Origin: a virus
Taxonomy: Duplodnaviria; Caudoviricetes
IMG/VR virus record: IMGVR_UViG_3300031566_009901
Location: 1 to 26,646 of that record
Strand: one strand, 5' to 3'
DNA length: 26,646 nucleotides
Within the stretch, counting starts at the first letter, position 1. The number at the start of each line of letters is the position of its first letter. Below, in pieces: positions 26,633-26,646 of this stretch. Below the pieces are notes generated by a model. The model was not told where the DNA came from. It saw only the letters and a program-made list of their open reading frames with translations, and ran no database searches. A program made the position numbers and the translations under genes.

Positions 26633-26646
26633 ATGATACAATATGC
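26633..26646 (+). CDS. Start of next gene (truncated by window end)
   Basis: AGGAGG SD overlapping the radical SAM stop, followed by ATG at 26633. Confidence 0.5.

Noticed and set aside
1-26646. Alternative genetic code (stop-codon reassignment), introns/inteins, CRISPR or tandem repeats
   Set aside because: TAA, TGA and TAG all terminate full-length genes. RNAP beta and terminase are uninterrupted. No repeat array was seen by eye.

Overview
AT-rich, densely coding segment of a large contractile-tailed (myovirus-like, probably jumbo) phage genome, read in the standard code. No tRNA, rRNA, CRISPR array or mobile element was seen. Left part (+ strand, 1-10337): a phage multisubunit RNA polymerase (5'-truncated beta', then an unsplit 1006-aa beta), FolE2 GTP cyclohydrolase, a TIM-barrel enzyme, a MazG-like protein, a 242-aa minimal DNA-polymerase-like protein behind a GC-rich SD-occluding hairpin, a methyltransferase-like protein and a helicase C-terminal-like fragment, closed by an intrinsic terminator. 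Middle: two convergent morphogenesis blocks. The + block holds a hub-like protein, the large terminase, an HExxH protein, a tape-measure-like protein and a baseplate protein. The - block holds a HAD phosphatase, tail tube, gp26/gp51-like pair, gp25, neck-like protein, gp6-like wedge and a candidate sigma-like subunit. Right end: a divergent + unit with a membrane protein and a radical SAM enzyme. Main leads: (1) a self-contained transcription system (compact bacterial-type beta/beta', a possible gp68/gp226-like specificity factor and a shared GAACAAA(A)TA motif before late genes); (2) a probable +1/-2 programmed frameshift joining gp26-like and gp51-like ORFs; (3) the mini-polymerase with its structured leader. 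All family assignments come from motif recognition by eye, not database searches.
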